A stretch of 64,000 nt of DNA from Candidatus Poribacteria bacterium (GCA_965197475.1 CBDANF010000003.1:1440001-1504000), one strand, 5' to 3'. Positions 9,471 to 20,961 are shown, numbered from the stretch's first letter. Notes: generated from the letters alone by a model not told the origin. Numbers and translations are program-made.

Positions 9471-12272
9471 ATGTTTGATTTCCGATCCCCTCTCTTTTTA
9501 ATCCTACTCGCGGCGATGCCGTTTTTAATCCTTATTCAGTTACGCACAAATGCAATTGCATCGAAATGGCGGAAACGCGCCACTTTTGTCCTCAGATGCG
9601 CCGCGCTTGTATGTGCTATCCTTGCCCTGGCAAATCTACAGCGTACTCATAGAGAACAACGCCTCGCGGTAGTATTTCTACTTGATACCTCTGATAGCAT
9701 TGCACCATCTCAACTCGAAGATGCAACTAATCAGATTAACAACGCTATAGCAAAGTTGAAACCGAATGACCAATTTGGGGTTATCAGTTTTGCACAAGAA
9801 CCATCTGTCTTAATTGGAATGGGGCCTGCGAACGATCAACCGATCCTGCCATCGGTTTTGACAGAATCAACAGTTGAACGGGATGCTACTGATATTCTCA
9901 CTGCCCTCAAGCGAGCACTTGAACTATTGCCGGATAATTACCATCGGCGGATAGTGCTTTTCACCGATGGCATACACAATGTCGGTAATACTTCTATCAC
10001 AGATTTCCTGCCGCTGTTTTCAGAAAGTGATGTGGAAATGTTGACTGTTCCTCTACAAACAATCAATGATGCAATTCGGGTTCAGGAACTGCAGCTGCCG
10101 AACACGCTCCGAAAAGGGCAACGTTTTCCGATACAGGTAATCGTTGAAACAGACGGTAGCATTCCAACTGTAACAGCCACGCTCTATCACAATGGTGTTC
10201 CAATTCCTGATGTTGAATTCACGCTGCAAAAAGGGAAAAATGTGTTAACGCTGCCTATACAACAGGTTTTGGAAGACCGTCCGCATACATATCACCTAAA
10301 GTTAAATGTAAGTGATGAAATTCTCGAAAATAACCAGGCGTATGGTGTTGTGCAAATTCAGGATAAACCGCATATCCTATATACGGAAGGTGATTTGGAA
10401 CATGCTGATAATCTAAAAAAAGTGCTTGAAGAGAACGGCTTTGTGGTAAAAGTTATTTCTGCTGCTGAAGTGCCAGCGGATCTGATAACCCTTCAACACA
10501 ACGATTTGTTGATTCTCAGCAACATTTCCGCTAACACACTTTCATCGGAGCAAATGGGCATTATAGAGACTTATGTCCGCGATCTCGGACACGGATTAGT
10601 TGTTATTGGTGGTAACCATGCTTTCGGTCCTGGTGGTTATACAGATACAGCGTTGGAACGTGTACTCCCTGTTGAGATGACACCGCGTGACCGACAAGAT
10701 TCTGTCGCGCTTGTCTTTGTAATCGATACATCAGGAAGCATGGCGAACTACGTTGGTGCACAAAAAAAGATTGAACTCGCCATTGCCGGTGTTCGCTCCG
10801 GTATCCACAATCTTGAGGAAGAAGATGTGGTGGGGATCATTAGTTTCAGTGCAGGTAAGAATGCTCTCGTCATATCCGAACTTACATCTGACCATGATAC
10901 GCTTATTAAACGCGTTGGGCGGCTTAAACCGACAGGTGGCACAACTGCGATGGGAGAGGCAATCGAATCAGCCGGCGAGATGCTAAAAGTATCCGATGCG
11001 AAACGGAAGCATATCATTCTTTTGTCGGACGGTAAATCTAAAGGAAAACCTTCTAAAGTAATTGAAACAGCGAAAGATGTCACTGCTGCACGTATCGGTA
11101 TTACGACTATCGCGATCGGTGATGCTGATAAAAAACTTCTGAAGGAAATCGCGGATACGAGTGGGGGACGTGCTGTCCATGTTCAGAATGTGCAGGAATT
11201 ACCAGAGGTTTTGATGGACGCTGCCCGAGAGACGCAAAATTATATTGTTCAGGAAAAATTCCAACCAAAAACTGTTAGTCAGACAACTCCAATTTTAGAA
11301 GGTATCGAAGTGTTAAAACTACTGGACGGATACGTTGCGACAGCAGAAAAGACAACGGCACAGGTTTTTATAATATCCCATAAAGACGAACCTATTCTTG
11401 CAGGTTGGCATTATGGGTTAGGAAAGGCAGTCGCGTGGACTTCGGATGTCAAACCTGCGTGGAGTAAAGAATGGATTTCATGGTCGAACTTTGGCAAGTT
11501 CTGGGGACAAGTCGTCAATTGGACTCTACCGACTGAGGGAGCAGATGTTGATTTCGATCTTATCGTTTCGCCTCGTAACGGCAGTGCAGAAGTTGTTATT
11601 GACACGCAACATGCGTCACCTACAACTTATCTGGTTCAAGTTGCAGGTCCGAACGGGGCAAGCCAATCTGTCAACATGCAGCAGGAAAGCACAAGGCGTT
11701 ATATCGGAACATTTCAGATGAATGATAGCGGATCCTATATTGTCACTGCAAAACGTGAAGGTGATACGCGCAAACGGACGGAAGCACTTTCGCTTTCCTA
11801 TCCTGCCGAATATGCGGCGTTTACTGTAAACACAAATCAGCTAAGGAAACTTGCCAATGTTACAGGTGGAATTTATGAACCGACATTATCTCAGATAGCA
11901 GCCCCAGCGGGAATACCTTTTGAAAAGCGTGTGTCGCTTTCCCAAGTGTTGTTAGTCGTTGCTGTTGCGCTTTTTGTATTGGAAATGATTCTTCGTCGGT
12001 TTAGCATAGCGAGCGGATATTTAGCTGAACTTCGGGCACAACTACGCAGGCAATCAGAAGCGGTTGTTCCTGAAACACTAACACAACTTACCGAGAAAAA
12101 AGATGGCGTGGTTACAATTTCTAATTCCGAAATCTATGCAAGCGTGGAAACTATTTCTACACCCTTACGTGTCAAACCTGAGGATGTTCCAGAAGCACCA
12201 CGATCTATTGAAGGAACGATGACACGATTGTTGGTAGCAAAAAGAAAAGCGCAGTCATCAGAGCATGGTTGA
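9471..12272 (+). CDS. Membrane protein with two VWA domains and a GATase1-like (DUF1355-type) domain
   Basis: BatA-like N-terminal TMs; MIDAS motifs DTSDS and DTSGS; GGNHAFGPGGY..T.LE.VLPV; C-terminal TM. Confidence 0.85.
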   Translation: MFDFRSPLFLILLAAMPFLILIQLRTNAIASKWRKRATFVLRCAALVCAILALANLQRTHREQRLAVVFLLDTSDSIAPSQLEDATNQINNAIAKLKPNDQFGVISFAQEPSVLIGMGPANDQPILPSVLTESTVERDATDILTALKRALELLPDNYHRRIVLFTDGIHNVGNTSITDFLPLFSESDVEMLTVPLQTINDAIRVQELQLPNTLRKGQRFPIQVIVETDGSIPTVTATLYHNGVPIPDVEFTLQKGKNVLTLPIQQVLEDRPHTYHLKLNVSDEILENNQAYGVVQIQDKPHILYTEGDLEHADNLKKVLEENGFVVKVISAAEVPADLITLQHNDLLILSNISANTLSSEQMGIIETYVRDLGHGLVVIGGNHAFGPGGYTDTALERVLPVEMTPRDRQDSVALVFVIDTSGSMANYVGAQKKIELAIAGVRSGIHNLEEEDVVGIISFSAGKNALVISELTSDHDTLIKRVGRLKPTGGTTAMGEAIESAGEMLKVSDAKRKHIILLSDGKSKGKPSKVIETAKDVTAARIGITTIAIGDADKKLLKEIADTSGGRAVHVQNVQELPEVLMDAARETQNYIVQEKFQPKTVSQTTPILEGIEVLKLLDGYVATAEKTTAQVFIISHKDEPILAGWHYGLGKAVAWTSDVKPAWSKEWISWSNFGKFWGQVVNWTLPTEGADVDFDLIVSPRNGSAEVVIDTQHASPTTYLVQVAGPNGASQSVNMQQESTRRYIGTFQMNDSGSYIVTAKREGDTRKRTEALSLSYPAEYAAFTVNTNQLRKLANVTGGIYEPTLSQIAAPAGIPFEKRVSLSQVLLVVAVALFVLEMILRRFSIASGYLAELRAQLRRQSEAVVPETLTQLTEKKDGVVTISNSEIYASVETISTPLRVKPEDVPEAPRSIEGTMTRLLVAKRKAQSSEHG

Positions 12273-12364
12273 GTTGAGGGAACCCATTCATACCCAAGTC
12301 GGCAGGTGCGGTTTCCTAATCGTACCTACCACGTGTATAAATAATTATGGATTTACTATAAATA

Positions 12365-13371
12365 ACGTGAGTTTGATAAATATTTTTAGAAGTTACATAT
12401 CATTGGCAACTGACAGTCTTTTTCCTGAAGTTCTTTATGTTTGAGTGAAGGTTTCTTCTTCAGACAAGTATAAGCGATCAAGGCAGCAACTGTGTTCACT
12501 TGAAAGTTAACAGGACTTCTATGTCGTGTGTGTTGTCCCTCTGTCTGACTTTTGAGTTCTTTATTTACGGACTCAACGAGCATCCGTTTCTTCAAGAGTG
12601 CTGCATCAGACAAAGGTTCAGGTTTCATATTCGGACGCACTTTGTAAATGAGGGACACGCCTTCTTCTTGGAGTCTCTCCCGCAGATTTTTGGCGATATA
12701 TCCTTTATCGGCAAATAGTTTGCCAAAGAGCCCACGACACAACTGTGGCACGGGTTGCCTGTCATCTACGTTTCCCCGTGTCACCATAGCGGACAACAGT
12801 TCACCTTGGTCGTTGATGACGACATGTAGTTTGAACCCATAGAACCATCCCATAGAAGTTTTAGCACGACCCGCACACTCAGCGAAGACGCGATGCGTTG
12901 AAATCCGACGATTGTGGCAGACCGGAAGGGGTGTTGAGTCTATGAAGGAAATCCCACGACATTCACCGAAACGGGTGTTCAGAAAAATAGACAATGGAAC
13001 CAATACCTCTTGTGAGAGCTGCACAAAACGACTATAGCTGACAAGTTTTGGAAACGCCCAACGCAACTGGCAGCAAACATAATCCTGATAATAGGCTTTA
13101 AGATTTTTATACTGCTTCTGATGAAAATGCACAAGTATCGTCATGACTTCGCTCGGATGAAGACACCGAAGTCTGCCACGGGTATTGCTTGTTCCGGGGA
13201 TTTCCGGTAACTGGTGTTGTGCTTGATATTGTTCGGACGCAAGAAAAAAGTCGTCAATTTCACAGAAAAGTGTTATGATATCCATCAGAGAACTCCTTTG
13301 TCCGTATTTGATATACTTCATAATAACAAAGGGGTTCTCTATTTACCAGTTTTTAATTATCAAACTCACGT
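12365..13371 (-). mobile_element. IS982-family insertion sequence
   Basis: TIRs ACGTGAGTTTGATAA / TTATCAAACTCACGT flank the transposase. Confidence 0.9.
12386..13285 (-). CDS. IS982-family transposase
   Basis: FCEIDDF, FIDSTPLPVC, GWFYGFKLH, FADKGY, HTRHRS; RBS AAGGAG before ATG 13285. Confidence 0.95.
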   Translation of the reverse strand: MDIITLFCEIDDFFLASEQYQAQHQLPEIPGTSNTRGRLRCLHPSEVMTILVHFHQKQYKNLKAYYQDYVCCQLRWAFPKLVSYSRFVQLSQEVLVPLSIFLNTRFGECRGISFIDSTPLPVCHNRRISTHRVFAECAGRAKTSMGWFYGFKLHVVINDQGELLSAMVTRGNVDDRQPVPQLCRGLFGKLFADKGYIAKNLRERLQEEGVSLIYKVRPNMKPEPLSDAALLKKRMLVESVNKELKSQTEGQHTRHRSPVNFQVNTVAALIAYTCLKKKPSLKHKELQEKDCQLPMICNF

Positions 13372-13618
13372 TATTATAGGTTCAGCAAAGGCAGCCCCAG
13401 CGGGGGAAATATTTATAGCAGCACGACATACATACGGACAAGCCCGAACGGGGCGGCAGGTGTAAGAATGTAGATGGAACCAGGGTATTTCTATTGAACC
13501 CAATCTACACTACAGTTCCAAATTTGTCCAAAATTTAGTAACAATTTTGGGAACTGAGTGTTTTATACAATGAATCTGCAAACCACACCAGACAATGCTG
13601 TGAAAAAGGTGAATACTG

Positions 13619-13813
13619 ATGGATAGAATTACTTTCAATCCCAAGCAATGCCGTGGCATGCGGATTCGGGTAACAGATGTTTTGGACCTACTCGCTAATG
13701 GTTTATCCTTCCAAGATATACTTGACGAAATGCCAGATTTGGAATACGAGGATATTGTTGCTTGTCTTCAATTTGCCTCACAGAAAATTGACCATCCAAT
13801 TATTGCCGCATGA
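13619..13813 (+). pseudogene. DUF433-family antitoxin, apparently with a short internal deletion
   Basis: RITFNPKQC-RGMRIRV..VLDLLA.G.....IL..MPDLE.EDI.ACL; the usual GG.P.I segment is missing. Confidence 0.75.
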
Positions 13814-14150
13814 AGTTTTGGATTGATGCCCAACTTGCGCTAGCACTTGCACCCTTGCTCAATGATACTTTTCCAGCCAAGTATTTTCGATTCAACGTCT
13901 CGGACTCCGCGATGCTGATGATGTAAAAATATTTTCTGCTGCGCGCGAGGCAAACACAGTCTTGATAACAAAAGACCAAGACTTTGTCCAATTGTTAAAT
14001 CAACTCGGTCCTCCCTCCCAAGTTGTATGGATAACTTGTGGCAATACATCAAACGCTGAAATGCGTGAAATTCTGCAACAAACTTTTCATGAAGTTCTTT
14101 CGCTTCTGAAAGCAGGGGAATCTTTAGTAGAGATTACTTCTATAGCGTGA
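13810..14150 (+). pseudogene. DUF5615/PIN-like toxin, frameshifted
   Basis: Starts MKFWIDAQL overlapping the antitoxin stop; LGLRDADD.KIF..A..ITKDQDF...VVWITCGNTSN lies in another frame after about 13885. Confidence 0.8.
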
Positions 14151-14303
14151 ATCACGTTCAGAGACACGTTGTATTGTGATATCCTACAACAGTAGATTGT
14201 GATAGCGATTGCTGGTATCTATGCTTCCTGACGTTGCGATGGTGAGTTTAACTTTCGCAAGCCATTTATAATAGATTTTCAGAAATAACGGACCTTGCAA
14301 ATA

Positions 14304-15269
14304 CTAATACCACACCGCCTTATTCACAACGTTCTGCAACGGCGCACCCTTAGCGAACCGAAGCGCGTTTTCCAAGAAAATCTCAAACCGACGTTCCGAG
14401 ATATTTTCCGCATCCTTAACGGCAATATGCGGCGTTATCAATACATTCGGCATTTGCCACAACGGACTTTCAGCAGGCAAAGGCTCAACTTCAAACACAT
14501 CTAATCCACATCCCGCAATAGTCCCCTGCTCAAGAGCTTCAATCAGGTCGGCGAGTTTTGTCGTTTTACCACGGCCGATGTTGATGAAGTAAGCTGTCTT
14601 TTTCATCAGCGCGAAGCGATTTTTGTGCCACATTCCTTCCGTTTCCGGTGTGTGCGGTGTGGTGACAATCACAAAGTCAGCAAGCGGAAGGAGCGTGTCT
14701 AATTCGGCGGGTTCATGCTTTTCCACAAAAGGCACTGCATATTCCCATCTTGCATCAACACCGAGCACTTTCATGCCGAACTCTGCACAGAGTCGCGCGG
14801 TTTCGTGTCCGATACCACCTACACCAACAATTAAAGCAGTTGCCCGCGCGAGGTCAATATATCCACTTTTGCGCGCATTGTTGTTCCAGATGCCCTCGCG
14901 TTGTGCGTCCATATAGTAGGGTAAGCCACGAGCCAACGCAAGCACGAACATCATAATATGTTGTGCGATGTGGTCATTGTAAATACCACGTGGATTGCAG
15001 ATGACAACAGGATGTTCAATCAGTGCGGGGTAATAGAATCCGACAGCAGGACCGGCAGCAGGACTCTGTAGCCATCGCAGGTTTTTCGCCAATGGCAGTT
15101 GTTCGGGAGACACCCAACCGTAAACAGCATCGGCATCAGGAAGATGTGTGTTTACTTCATCGTCCGTCTTCGGTAAGACAACGTTATATGCGGACAATTC
15201 GTTCTGTAGACGTTCTGCCCACGCGTGTGATTCCGCGTTCTGCGGCGGCATCATTATGAGTTTTGACAC
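14304..15269 (-). CDS. D-2-hydroxyacid dehydrogenase family protein
   Basis: GVGGIG Rossmann motif, FINIGRG, LDVFEVEPLP, ITPHIA. Confidence 0.92.
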   Translation of the reverse strand: MSKLIMMPPQNAESHAWAERLQNELSAYNVVLPKTDDEVNTHLPDADAVYGWVSPEQLPLAKNLRWLQSPAAGPAVGFYYPALIEHPVVICNPRGIYNDHIAQHIMMFVLALARGLPYYMDAQREGIWNNNARKSGYIDLARATALIVGVGGIGHETARLCAEFGMKVLGVDARWEYAVPFVEKHEPAELDTLLPLADFVIVTTPHTPETEGMWHKNRFALMKKTAYFINIGRGKTTKLADLIEALEQGTIAGCGLDVFEVEPLPAESPLWQMPNVLITPHIAVKDAENISERRFEIFLENALRFAKGAPLQNVVNKAVWY

Positions 15270-15347
15270 AGATTCTTTTCCTCTCTCAGTTATTTACAAG
15301 CACTCTATCTTATCATGGCACCAGATGAAAATCAACGTTCGTGCAGG

Positions 15348-16798
15348 GGGTGTGTAAAGTTTTTGTACAAAGATTATGCGGCTTTTGTGTTTAGATACCA
15401 ATAACTATCCCAAGCATTATTCTTATACAAACATCGCCACCCAAGTACAGCGTTGATACCCGGTTTCTCCCGCCTCATAGAAGCCCGTTTACATCTTTGC
15501 CCGACAACATGTTTACAGGCACTCTCAATCACACCACTGCCAATCTGATATCCTTTCTCTAAACGCTTGATACCGCATACGCTTCGCGTGTTTTTCAAAA
15601 TACTTCGCTTCTCTTTCTAAAATATCCGAAACTTCCGGGTTCTGTGCTCCTAAGGTGCGGATGCGTGCGACCACTTCTGTGATGTGGCCATCAAAAAGAT
15701 GCGGTTCCGTCGCTTTTATCCACGCACCAATCGCTTCTATTTCAGTCTCACCAAATGCGTGTTTGGCAACATCATACAGATGAGATTTGGCCTGCCTGTA
15801 ATCCACAATCTCAACCGCATTGGGGAAGTGTTCATCGGCTAAGTTCCATATCCACGCAGCACCATCGCCAATAAACACAATCTCCTGGGTATCTATAGCT
15901 TCTTGATAGATACCGCTGTTTGTCGCTAACGCAAACAACTCTTTACCAAAATGTGCCACATCAGGACGAGACGCAACATAACGGATACTGGATGTTCTGG
16001 CACTCGGTATCGCCCCAGAACCTTGTTGCGGATAATCCCTATAAATACAACCAACTTTTACTTCTTTCCAACCATCCAGTGAGTTCGTCCGACAGCCATC
16101 ACAACTCACATACCATCGCTGATTTTCTACAAGCTTTTGGGTTTCCACTTGTTCACAAACGCTCAAATCTTCTGACCACTCACACACTTTTTGATGAAGT
16201 GTCGTGTGGCGGACTTCTATTCCCTGACGAGATAACTCTTCTGACGCTTCTCTAAAGTCAAGAAGTGCCGCCAAACGACACATCGCCTCAGCAACACGAT
16301 GCGTCCATTGACCTCGCAACTTCTGTTTGGTATCAAACGGCACATGATTATGACCACAAGGACAACGATACACCCAACGTTTTACACGGATAACACCACA
16401 CAAGGTCGTAATACGCCGCTCTCTTTTACACCACGGACGACACACTTCCTGATGTTCGGGACATTCAACAGGTTCACCAGACTGTTCACTCGCTTTTTGA
16501 GAAATAAATATCTCTAAAAACTTTTGACACCACGAACGAGATGCCTCAAATACACGAAACTCCGCTTCTTCTAACGGTATACACGGATCGGAAAACATCT
16601 CTCCCGCAAAATCGTTGAATTCTTCTACAAACTTCTGAAATACGCCTTCAAACGCTTTGACTTCACAACGCTCTAATGATATACTAAACATCGGTATCCT
16701 CTCCTATTTTGTTCATAATTTATTAGGATAGGATACCATTTTTGGGTAAACTTGTAACATCTTTCCAATTCATACCTGTACAAAAACTTTACACACCC
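15348..16798 (-). mobile_element. ISKra4-like insertion sequence
   Basis: 22-bp TIRs GGGTGTGTAAAGTTTTTGTACA / TGTACAAAAACTTTACACACCC; no TSD found. Confidence 0.85.
15374..16691 (-). pseudogene. ISKra4-like transposase, frameshifted near 15560
   Basis: DG..WKEVKVG, IGDGAAWIW, EIVDY; C-terminal IGSGVIESACKHVVGQRCK in a second frame. Confidence 0.85.
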
Positions 16799-16814
16799 GT
16801 TAAAATATATCAAT

Positions 16815-16843
16815 TTGACATTTGCCCTGAATTATGTTAAAAT
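16815..16843 (+). promoter_or_regulatory. Sigma70 promoter of the ferredoxin-gmk-coaBC operon
   Basis: TTGACA-N17-TAAAAT with extended TG; RBS GGAGG downstream. Confidence 0.75.
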
Positions 16844-16869
16844 AAAAGAAATCTGGAGGTGTAGCTGCT

Positions 16870-17328
16870 ATGGCATATTATATTACTGACGAATGCATCG
16901 GGTGTATGGCATGTTTAACCAATTGTCCTGTTGATGCAATTACCGGCGACCGGAATAAGCTGCACATCATTGACCCAAATATATGTATTGATTGTAGTGC
17001 ATGCGGTATGGTGTGTCCGGTAGAAGCAATCCGAGACCAATTCGGGGAAGTCTGTAAATTTATTCGTCGTCCGACTCATAGACCGATTGCTGTTATCTAT
17101 GAAGAACTCTGCTCTGGATGCGATTTTTGCGTCCACATCTGCCCATGGGAATGTCTTGAACTCAAAGACCCAGAAACTGGCGAACACGCTGAAAGTTTCT
17201 TCGGTATCTGTGAATTAGTCAAACCGAAGGATTGCGTTGGCTGCAAGTTGTGTGAAGAGGTATGCATCAAGGATGCTATCCGAGTCGAATCGCCTGTTCT
17301 ATTAGAACTCGCTGAGGCTGCAGATTAA
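16870..17328 (+). CDS. Polyferredoxin with four CxxCxxCxxxC 4Fe-4S motifs
   Basis: CIGCMACLTNCP, CIDCSACGMVCP, CSGCDFCVHICP, CVGCKLCEEVC. Confidence 0.92.
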   Translation: MAYYITDECIGCMACLTNCPVDAITGDRNKLHIIDPNICIDCSACGMVCPVEAIRDQFGEVCKFIRRPTHRPIAVIYEELCSGCDFCVHICPWECLELKDPETGEHAESFFGICELVKPKDCVGCKLCEEVCIKDAIRVESPVLLELAEAAD

Positions 17329-17346
17329 CTTACATTCAATTTCAAA

Positions 17347-18006
17347 ATGGTTTCCACACCGTTTAATAACCATAATTTAGTTGTTGTGATCTCAGGTCCT
17401 TCTGGATGTGGCAAAAGTACTGTTGCTAAGGCATTGTGTGAAGCAGACGGGACATTACGACTCTCAATATCCGCAACAACTCGCCCAGCAAGACATGGTG
17501 AAGTTGATGGGGTAAATTACCATTTTCTGACACACGCACAATTTGAGGAAAAGATTGAACAAAACGCATTCTTAGAGTGGGCAAAATACGGCGAAAACTT
17601 CTATGGAACGCCCATATCTGAAATAGAGGCTGCGCGACAAGGCGGAAAAGACACTATTTTAGAAATCGAAGTAAACGGGGCACTGCAAGTCCGAAAACAT
17701 GACCTTACCCCCTCAAAAAGCATACTGATTTTTCTAATTCCACCATCGTTCGCTATGCTAGAACAGCGGCTGCGCGGTAGAAAAACCGAATCAGAGGCAG
17801 AACTTACGAATAGATTAGAGATAGCCAAAACAGAGTTGAACCAGATTACACATTACGATTATTGTGTTATCAACCCTGAAGGTAAAATGGAACAAGCGGT
17901 TCGCCAAATTCAGGCAATTATCTCTGCGGAGTGGTGCCGTATCAATCCTGAAAAGACTTCAGCTTTTGTTGAATCCTTTGGCATTCCCAATAGGCAGGAT
18001 TTGTAA
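17347..18006 (+). CDS. gmk: Guanylate kinase
   Basis: SGPSGCGKST P-loop, SISATTRPAR.GEVDGVNYHF, LEWA, YGTP. Confidence 0.97.
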   Translation: MVSTPFNNHNLVVVISGPSGCGKSTVAKALCEADGTLRLSISATTRPARHGEVDGVNYHFLTHAQFEEKIEQNAFLEWAKYGENFYGTPISEIEAARQGGKDTILEIEVNGALQVRKHDLTPSKSILIFLIPPSFAMLEQRLRGRKTESEAELTNRLEIAKTELNQITHYDYCVINPEGKMEQAVRQIQAIISAEWCRINPEKTSAFVESFGIPNRQDL

Positions 18007-18018
18007 TCCTGATACCTC

Positions 18019-19212
18019 ATGGAACTCAAAAATCGGACTATTCTTTTAGGCGTAACCGGCGGAATTGCAATCCATCGATCGCTTGATTATGCAAGTCAAT
18101 TGATCAAATTGGGTGCTTCTGTTCACGTCGTAATGACAAAAAACGCTACAAGGTTGATAAACCCGTTACAATTTCAAGTCATCTCACGGAATTCCGTGCT
18201 ACTTGACCTGTTTGAGACAGGTGAAGATTGGAAACCCCCACATATCGATCTAGCTGACCGTGCGGATCTACTCGCCATCGTCCCCGCAACTGCAAACATA
18301 CTTGGCAAGATGGCAAACGGCATTGCAGATGATGCGCTTTCTACCGTTGCTGTTTCTGTCCACTGTCCGATTCTCATAGCACCTGCGATGAACGGACACA
18401 TGTATCAAAACCCATTTGTACAAAAGAATATAGCTGCACTCAGTAAACAAGGGGTGGAATTCGTTGAACCTGCAAGCGGTGATCTCGCGTGTGGTTATGA
18501 AGGCATAGGTCGCTTGAGTCCGATAGACATCATTTTTGAGCGGACAAGGGAAATGCTGGGATCCTGCCAAGATTTGCATGGCAAGCGAATTCTCGTCACA
18601 ACAGGGGCTACGCGAGAATACCTTGACCCAATCAGGTTTATCACAAACGGTTCAAGCGGAAAGATGGGATATGCGCTTGCCGAAGCAGCGGCACGCCGGG
18701 GCGCAATTGTTCATTTGATTAGCGGACATGCAACAGTACCGCCGCCTCAAGGTATTGAAATTTGCCACGTTAACACAACACTGGAGATGCACGAGGCTGT
18801 CCTGCAAAAGTTTAATGAAACCGATATCGTCGTTATGGCAGCTGCCCCTGTTGATTACCGTCCTGCAGAATTTACACCGCATAAGATCAAAAAACACAAC
18901 GACACATTAACGATCGCTTTACAAAAAAATCCAGATACTGCCCAGATACTCGGTGGAATGAAAACGCACCAGTTAACTGTCTGCTTTGCTGCAGAAACGA
19001 ACGATGTCCTTGAAAACGCTAAAGAGAAGTTAATTCGTAAAAACTGTGACCTCATTGTAGCAAATGACATACTCGCTGAAGGTGCTGGATTTGCGGGTGA
19101 TACGAATATTGTTTCTCTTCTTGACAAAGCGAGCAATTGTGAGCAGCTACCTCTCCTTTCCAAACAAGAAGTTGCAAATGCTATCTTGGATCGGGTTGTG
19201 AAGTTGATGTAA
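18019..19212 (+). CDS. coaBC: Phosphopantothenoylcysteine decarboxylase/ligase
   Basis: GVTGGIA, HIDLA, PATAN, PAMN, LACG..G.GRL, DPIRFITN.SSGKMG, FAAET, IVAND. Confidence 0.97.
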   Translation: MELKNRTILLGVTGGIAIHRSLDYASQLIKLGASVHVVMTKNATRLINPLQFQVISRNSVLLDLFETGEDWKPPHIDLADRADLLAIVPATANILGKMANGIADDALSTVAVSVHCPILIAPAMNGHMYQNPFVQKNIAALSKQGVEFVEPASGDLACGYEGIGRLSPIDIIFERTREMLGSCQDLHGKRILVTTGATREYLDPIRFITNGSSGKMGYALAEAAARRGAIVHLISGHATVPPPQGIEICHVNTTLEMHEAVLQKFNETDIVVMAAAPVDYRPAEFTPHKIKKHNDTLTIALQKNPDTAQILGGMKTHQLTVCFAAETNDVLENAKEKLIRKNCDLIVANDILAEGAGFAGDTNIVSLLDKASNCEQLPLLSKQEVANAILDRVVKLM

Positions 19213-19229
19213 AGATAGATATAAGCATA

Positions 19230-19564
19230 CTATAGTTTGGACAATTTACACGCTGTTCAAGTGGACTTGCTAAGAGACTGTTAGGTGTATAAAGTCAAAA
19301 ATGCTGGACACCTGTCGCCCCGTTAGGCTCAGTATCCTGGAACACCGTTTTTCTATAAACATTCTGCCCCGCTGGGGCTGCCCAAAGAGTATTTTTCTAC
19401 GAGTTCTTTCAGTCAGCAAAATCGCAGAAAATATAGATGATATAGGATCAAATATTGGTTTCCCCTACGGGCGACAGGTGTATAGCATATAATCCAGTTA
19501 ATATCTAAGGTGTTCCATCAACCTAAGTTATGACACAAGAACCCTAAAATTGTCCAAACTTTAG
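19230..19564. mobile_element. MITE-like element containing GCCCC(A/G)..GGGGC-type repeats
   Basis: TIRs CTATAGTTTGGACAATT / AATTGTCCAAACTTTAG; internal repeats match 13392-13465 on the opposite strand, and that region has a similar right end near 13537. Confidence 0.6.
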
Positions 19565-19788
19565 TTTAATTATGTCGGACCAAGATAATATGTTTTGGTA
19601 TATCAAGTTATTCCAAGGTAAATTATGATCGCTTTGGAAGGATATGAATAGGTCGAAATTTAAATTTACAAATTCTCTACGGAAAACCGTACAATCTTAT
19701 ACCCGGTCCTCCTTAGAGAAGCAATGTTGATGAGGTATCAAACAGATTTTTAGTCTGTTTCGTGTCTTTCAAGGAGGTATTACATTTC

Positions 19789-20656
19789 ATGAAACATTAT
19801 ATTGGTATTGTCATTTTGCACTCCTAATAAGTGTAACAATAGTTTATGCTAATGATTTAGCAATTTATTCTGGTCCCTCAAATCCAGATTGGATTTCCGC
19901 TGATGCTGTCAAGAAGAATACCGATACGATTATGAACCATGCTGGGGTAAAGGGACTCTTTAATAAGATCGAAAACTTCGGCAATGGTGATGAAGTAGGG
20001 GCAGAATCTCCGCTTGGAAAGTGGTGTGTTAATCACACAGGAAACGGTCAGCAAGATGTTATAGCCCTCGCATGTGGAACCACGCCAAGTGCGCTTTACG
20101 AGTTTCCCAACAAGATGCCAGACGGTTCCAATGTGGAAAACTTTATTGAGGCGGTAATGTTGTTATCAACCTCACAGACTGGATTTTCTACATGAGTTAT
20201 GAAGGTGGAGTTCGCAGCGCAGAAAACGGGGCAGGCGGTGCTGCAAACGTCTTTGATATCCCAGGGTTATCCTTTGATGCGCCGCGAGGGACTGGAAATC
20301 AAACACCCACAGACAACGGTAAGAAGTACATTCCATCACTTAAAGCTTTCCATTCTGATCGTCCCTGGCGCGTTGATCAGTTTGAAGGTTCAAATTGGGA
20401 TCTCGTTATTTTTGCCGAAGAAGATGCCAATAATGCTGATCCTGCAGTAGCGATTAGCAAAGAAGAAGGAGATGATGGGTTCGGTATGATTGCAGCGATG
20501 TGGCAATCAGCTACCCCGGTTTGGATTGGTACAGACCCGCGCGGTATAGGTGTCGCTGAATTCATTGAGAACTGGTTGGCAAAAAACGCCACTTTGGATG
20601 TCCACGCGAAAAACAAGTTGTCAACAACTTGGGGACATATCAAAGAAACCCGTTAA
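19789..20656 (+). pseudogene. Secreted protein with KLxTTWG tail, broken by two frameshifts (about 19817 and 20150; real or sequencing error)
   Basis: RBS AAGGAGG; restored N-terminus MKHYIGIVIFALLISVTIVYA is a signal peptide; ends LDVHAKNKLSTTWGHIKETR. Confidence 0.7.
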
Positions 20657-20695
20657 ATATCGCTTTAACCAATAATAGGGACAGTCGTGTGCTGT

Positions 20696-20961
20696 CCCAT
20701 AGGTGTCAATTTAGTGTGCTATATGCAAAAAAGATGCTGATTTGTGATGAAAGCAGCACCAGCGGTGCGGAATGTATAGAAAACAGTCTCTTGAACCCCG
20801 CCAAATGCCATACGCGCATTTGGCGTTGATTCGCGGGGCAGCATGCGCTTTTGGCATGCTGCATGAGGTGTCTGACAACACGTACACATATACACCTTTC
20901 GCCCCTCTGGGGCTTAGATATCCAAAATATAGGTTTATTTCCTTAAATTGACACCTATGGG
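20696..20961. mobile_element. MITE inserted in a terminator hairpin with a long target duplication
   Basis: TIRs CCCATAGGTGTCAATTTA / TAAATTGACACCTATGGG; GGGACAGTCGTGTGCTGTCCC is repeated on both sides. Confidence 0.8.

Noticed and set aside
19301-19492. Short ORFs inside MITE/repeat regions (also 13214-13465, 20629-20829, 46089-46358)
   Set aside because: They are translations of repeat DNA without RBS or protein-like features
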